Shown piece after piece: positions 61,668-64,000 of a stretch of DNA of 64,000 nt; the first letter of the stretch is position 1; every line of letters starts with the position of its first letter. A program made the position numbers and the translations under genes. The notes beneath the pieces are model-generated. The model was not told the origin of the DNA. It made no database searches and saw only the letters and a program-made list of their open reading frames with translations. This stretch comes from Ignavibacteriales bacterium (GTDB lineage: Bacteria; Bacteroidota; Ignavibacteria; UBA10030; UBA6906): assembly GCA_037441705.1 (NCBI GenBank), contig JBBIRR010000003.1, positions 32,831 through 96,830 on the forward strand, written 5' to 3'.

Positions 61668-61964
61668 ATGCCAGACCTATCTTTGGACGCGCTTGGGATG
61701 GTGGAAACGAAGGGGCTGGTTGGTTCGATCGAGGCGGCCGATGCGATGGTAAAAGCTGCACGCGTGACCCTGATCGGGAAAGAGGTGATCGGTGGTGGAT
61801 ATGTTACCGTCATGGTGCGGGGCGATGTCGGTGCCGTGAAAGCGGCGACGGATGCAGGCGCAGCGGCAGCGCAACGCGTAGGCGAGTTGGTGTCGGTGCA
61901 TGTGATCCCGCGGCCGCATGCCGACGTTGAGATGATTCTCCCCAAGCGTCCCGCCGACAAGTAA
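61668..61964 (+). CDS. Bacterial microcompartment shell protein, BMC-H (PduA/EutM/CcmK family, Pfam00936)
   Basis: [77 protein letters not shown] matches the PduA-type BMC-H hexamer protein across its full length. AGGAGAG RBS upstream. Confidence 0.9.
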   Translation: MPDLSLDALGMVETKGLVGSIEAADAMVKAARVTLIGKEVIGGGYVTVMVRGDVGAVKAATDAGAAAAQRVGELVSVHVIPRPHADVEMILPKRPADK

Positions 61965-62019
61965 GATCCGCATCTTCGAACGCGCCGGCTCCGAATGGGG
62001 CAGGCCGGCGCATGAGCGA

Positions 62020-62562
62020 TTGCCTATGATGACCCTGGAATATGCACTGGGCATGGTCGAGACCCGCGGCCTCGTGGGTTCCATCGAGGCTGCCGACGTG
62101 ATGGTGAAGACTGCCAACGTTCGCCTGCTCGATGCGGAATACATCCGCAACGGGTACGTCACGATCAAGTGTGTCGGTGACGTAGCGGCGGTGAAAGCGG
62201 CCGTGGAGGCGGCGGCGGCAGCGGCACAGCGTGTCGGGCAGTTGATTGCCACGCACGTGATCCCGCGCCCTGCAGCGGAGGTAGAGCCGATCATGCGCAG
62301 GCAAGCGAAGGGGTTGGGGCCAGCATCCCCTACGGCCACAGGGTCGGGGTCGTTTGCGGAGGATAGGCCCGCCGCGCCCGATCTGTTCCAGGCGAGCGCC
62401 GATGATAATGAGTATCGCGCTCAGCTTGAAGCCATGACCGTGCATCAACTGCGAACGCTTGCCCGTGAAGTGGGGGGACTGGGGATTTATGGGCGAGAGA
62501 TTTCCAAAGCCGACAAGAAGCAGTTGATCTCCGAGCTTATGAAGAGACGAAAGGGCGCGTAG
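62020..62562 (+). CDS. BMC-H shell protein fused to a ~90-aa C-terminal extension ending in a Rho_N/SAP-like helical motif
   Basis: N-terminal 90 aa ([76 protein letters not shown]) form a BMC-H domain. The tail LEAMTVHQLRTLAREVGGLGIYGREISKADKKQLISELMKRRKG resembles the Rho termination factor N-terminal (Rho_N) helix-extended motif. Confidence 0.85.
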   Translation: MPMMTLEYALGMVETRGLVGSIEAADVMVKTANVRLLDAEYIRNGYVTIKCVGDVAAVKAAVEAAAAAAQRVGQLIATHVIPRPAAEVEPIMRRQAKGLGPASPTATGSGSFAEDRPAAPDLFQASADDNEYRAQLEAMTVHQLRTLAREVGGLGIYGREISKADKKQLISELMKRRKGA

Positions 62563-62616
62563 CCGCATGGACGGCACATGTCAACTCCATCGGAGCCTCG
62601 CTGATGGAGTTTTTTA

Positions 62617-63558
62617 TTGTGTCGGTGGATGATGAAAGAGCGGAATATCCATATCGTTGTGGCTACAACCTTCTTTGCTCTCCTGCTCTGGCTATCGGTG
62701 AGTCTGAGCGATCAGTATCAGATACACGTGCGTGTGCCGGTGGTGGTGCAGAATGTTCCGTCGGGGCGGGCAGTCAGCAGCCTTCTGCCGCATGATGTGC
62801 GCGTCACCTTCAACGATTACGGCTGGCGTTTGGCGAAGGTCGTCTGGGGGACGCAGGTGGAGTGGGCGATCGACATGAACCTTCTGCCGCCGCAGCAACA
62901 CGCGCTCACGGTGCGCGACCTTGCGGAACAGCTTGGCAGCCGATTCGGTCTCCAGCCCCTTTCGATGATGCCTGATTCCCTCTACATCATGCTGGACACG
63001 GTGGAGGTCAAACGGTTGCCCGTGGTGCCGCGCTACGCGGCAACGTTTCGTGAGGGATATGGACAGATTGGTCCGGCAGTCGTTCGGCCTGAGAGCGTTA
63101 CCGTTCGCGGCGCGAAGCGCATCGTCCGTGCGCTGCAATCATGGCCTACGGAACTCCGGCGCTTCGAGCAACTGCGGCAGCCGGTTGATGTGGTCGTGCG
63201 ATTGGCCGATACAGCGGCGATGCTCGAGTTCACGCCGAAGGAGGTACGGCTTCACATCGTGGTTCAGCAGTTTGCGGAAAAGACGTTCACGCAAATTCCT
63301 CTTGAACTGACCTCGGTGCCACCGCATCGTGAAGTCATCCTCAGTTCTCGGAACGTGGACATCGTGATTCGCGGAGGCATCGAGCAGTTGGCGGCGGTGG
63401 AACCGGCATCTATCCGGGCGACGATTGATTACCGCGTGATTCTGGCCGATACGAGCGGGATTGTGGAGCCTGAGGTGAGCGTTCCTTCAGGGCTTCGGAT
63501 TGTGCGCGTAAGCCCGGAGCGCATTCAATACGTGATACGAAGGAAGCTTTTGTTCTAA
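62617..63558 (+). CDS. YbbR-like domain membrane protein (CdaR-like)
   Basis: N-terminal TM (IHIVVATTFFALLLWLSV) followed by 3-4 degenerate YbbR-type repeats (e.g. PAVVRPESVTVRGAKRIVRALQSW...VDVVVRL; IVIRGGIEQLAAVEPASIRATID). Moderate confidence. Confidence 0.5.
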   Translation: MCRWMMKERNIHIVVATTFFALLLWLSVSLSDQYQIHVRVPVVVQNVPSGRAVSSLLPHDVRVTFNDYGWRLAKVVWGTQVEWAIDMNLLPPQQHALTVRDLAEQLGSRFGLQPLSMMPDSLYIMLDTVEVKRLPVVPRYAATFREGYGQIGPAVVRPESVTVRGAKRIVRALQSWPTELRRFEQLRQPVDVVVRLADTAAMLEFTPKEVRLHIVVQQFAEKTFTQIPLELTSVPPHREVILSSRNVDIVIRGGIEQLAAVEPASIRATIDYRVILADTSGIVEPEVSVPSGLRIVRVSPERIQYVIRRKLLF

Positions 63559-63588
63559 GGACATTTCCATCACTCCTTGTACAACGCG

Positions 63589-64000
63589 ATGCGCTTAGCC
63601 ATCAACATTGATCATGTTGCTACCCTGCGCGAAGCGCGCGGGGGTGTCGAGCCGGACCCCGTCGCCGCAGCAGCACTGTGTGAGCTTGCCGGCGCCGAAG
63701 GGATCGTCTGCCACCTGCGCGAAGACCGACGCCATGTGAACGACCGCGATGTGCGTTTGCTGCGCGAAACCGTCAAGACCAAGCTCGATTTGGAAATGGC
63801 GGCGACAGACGAGATTATCCGTATCGCGCTTGACACGGTACCGGACCTTGTGACCCTCGTGCCGGAGAAGCGTCAGGAGTTGACGACGGAAGGCGGACTG
63901 GATGTGCGGGCACACAAGAGCTATCTCCAGGATGTCATCAAGGAATTTCACAATCATGACATCGAGGTGAGTTTGTTCGTTGACCCGGTTGCCGAACAAA
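63589..64000 (+). CDS. pdxJ: Pyridoxine 5'-phosphate synthase PdxJ. N-terminal part; runs off the right edge.
   Basis: Manual translation gives [58 protein letters not shown]..., the PdxJ signature. Absent from the ORF track because there is no stop within the window. Confidence 0.85.
   Translation, partial: MRLAINIDHVATLREARGGVEPDPVAAAALCELAGAEGIVCHLREDRRHVNDRDVRLLRETVKTKLDLEMAATDEIIRIALDTVPDLVTLVPEKRQELTTEGGLDVRAHKSYLQDVIKEFHNHDIEVSLFVDPVAEQ

Noticed and set aside
61668-64000. Interpreting the BMC-H pair as part of a complete metabolosome locus
   Set aside because: Not supported within the window. Flanking genes are glycosyltransferases, ybbR-like and pdxJ. A downstream locus beyond 64 kb cannot be excluded, so this is kept only as an alternative under the BMC finding.

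Overview
This 64 kb window spans the chromosomal replication origin of a high-GC bacterium. A T9SS C-terminal sorting domain and a SusB-like GH97 hydrolase suggest the FCB group (Bacteroidota/Rhodothermota/Chlorobi-like). On the minus strand the left 18 kb carries a tightly coupled dcw cluster (murF partial, murE, ftsI, ftsL, rsmH, mraZ), then mfd, murQ, rsmG-mnmG-mnmE, yidC-yidD-rnpA-rpmH. On the plus strand the canonical dnaA-dnaN-recF-dciA(DUF721)-gyrB-gyrA block runs rightwards, so genes diverge from an rpmH|dnaA origin. DnaA boxes lie upstream of dnaA, and an AT-rich putative DUE lies between dnaA and dnaN. From 28 kb onward the content is accessory or cell-envelope: GH97, GT9, an SPFH protein, a diheme cytochrome c, three tandem SurA/parvulin paralogues, and a 1058-aa patatin-like phospholipase. 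A ~1.2 kb intergenic nest of at least five families of hairpin-forming short repeats (42.8-44.0 kb) follows. Next is a ~17 kb surface-glycan biosynthesis and modification island: a GT2 CsbB/GtrB-like protein, two GT9, three GT4, a second GT2, a Wzx flippase, three methyltransferases, two YfhO GT-C proteins and a LamG-T9SS protein. The most unusual item is an orphan pair of BMC-H shell-protein genes, one fused to a Rho_N/SAP-like C-terminal tail. It sits after the glycan island and before a YbbR-like gene and pdxJ, with no other microcompartment genes in view. Also notable are a lysine-rich histone-H1-like tail on GyrA and a translationally coupled small ORF plus a nucleotidyltransferase remnant wedged between gyrB and gyrA. 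No rRNA, tRNA, CRISPR array, IS element or integrase was seen. Non-ORF coordinates are read by eye and may be off by a few nt.
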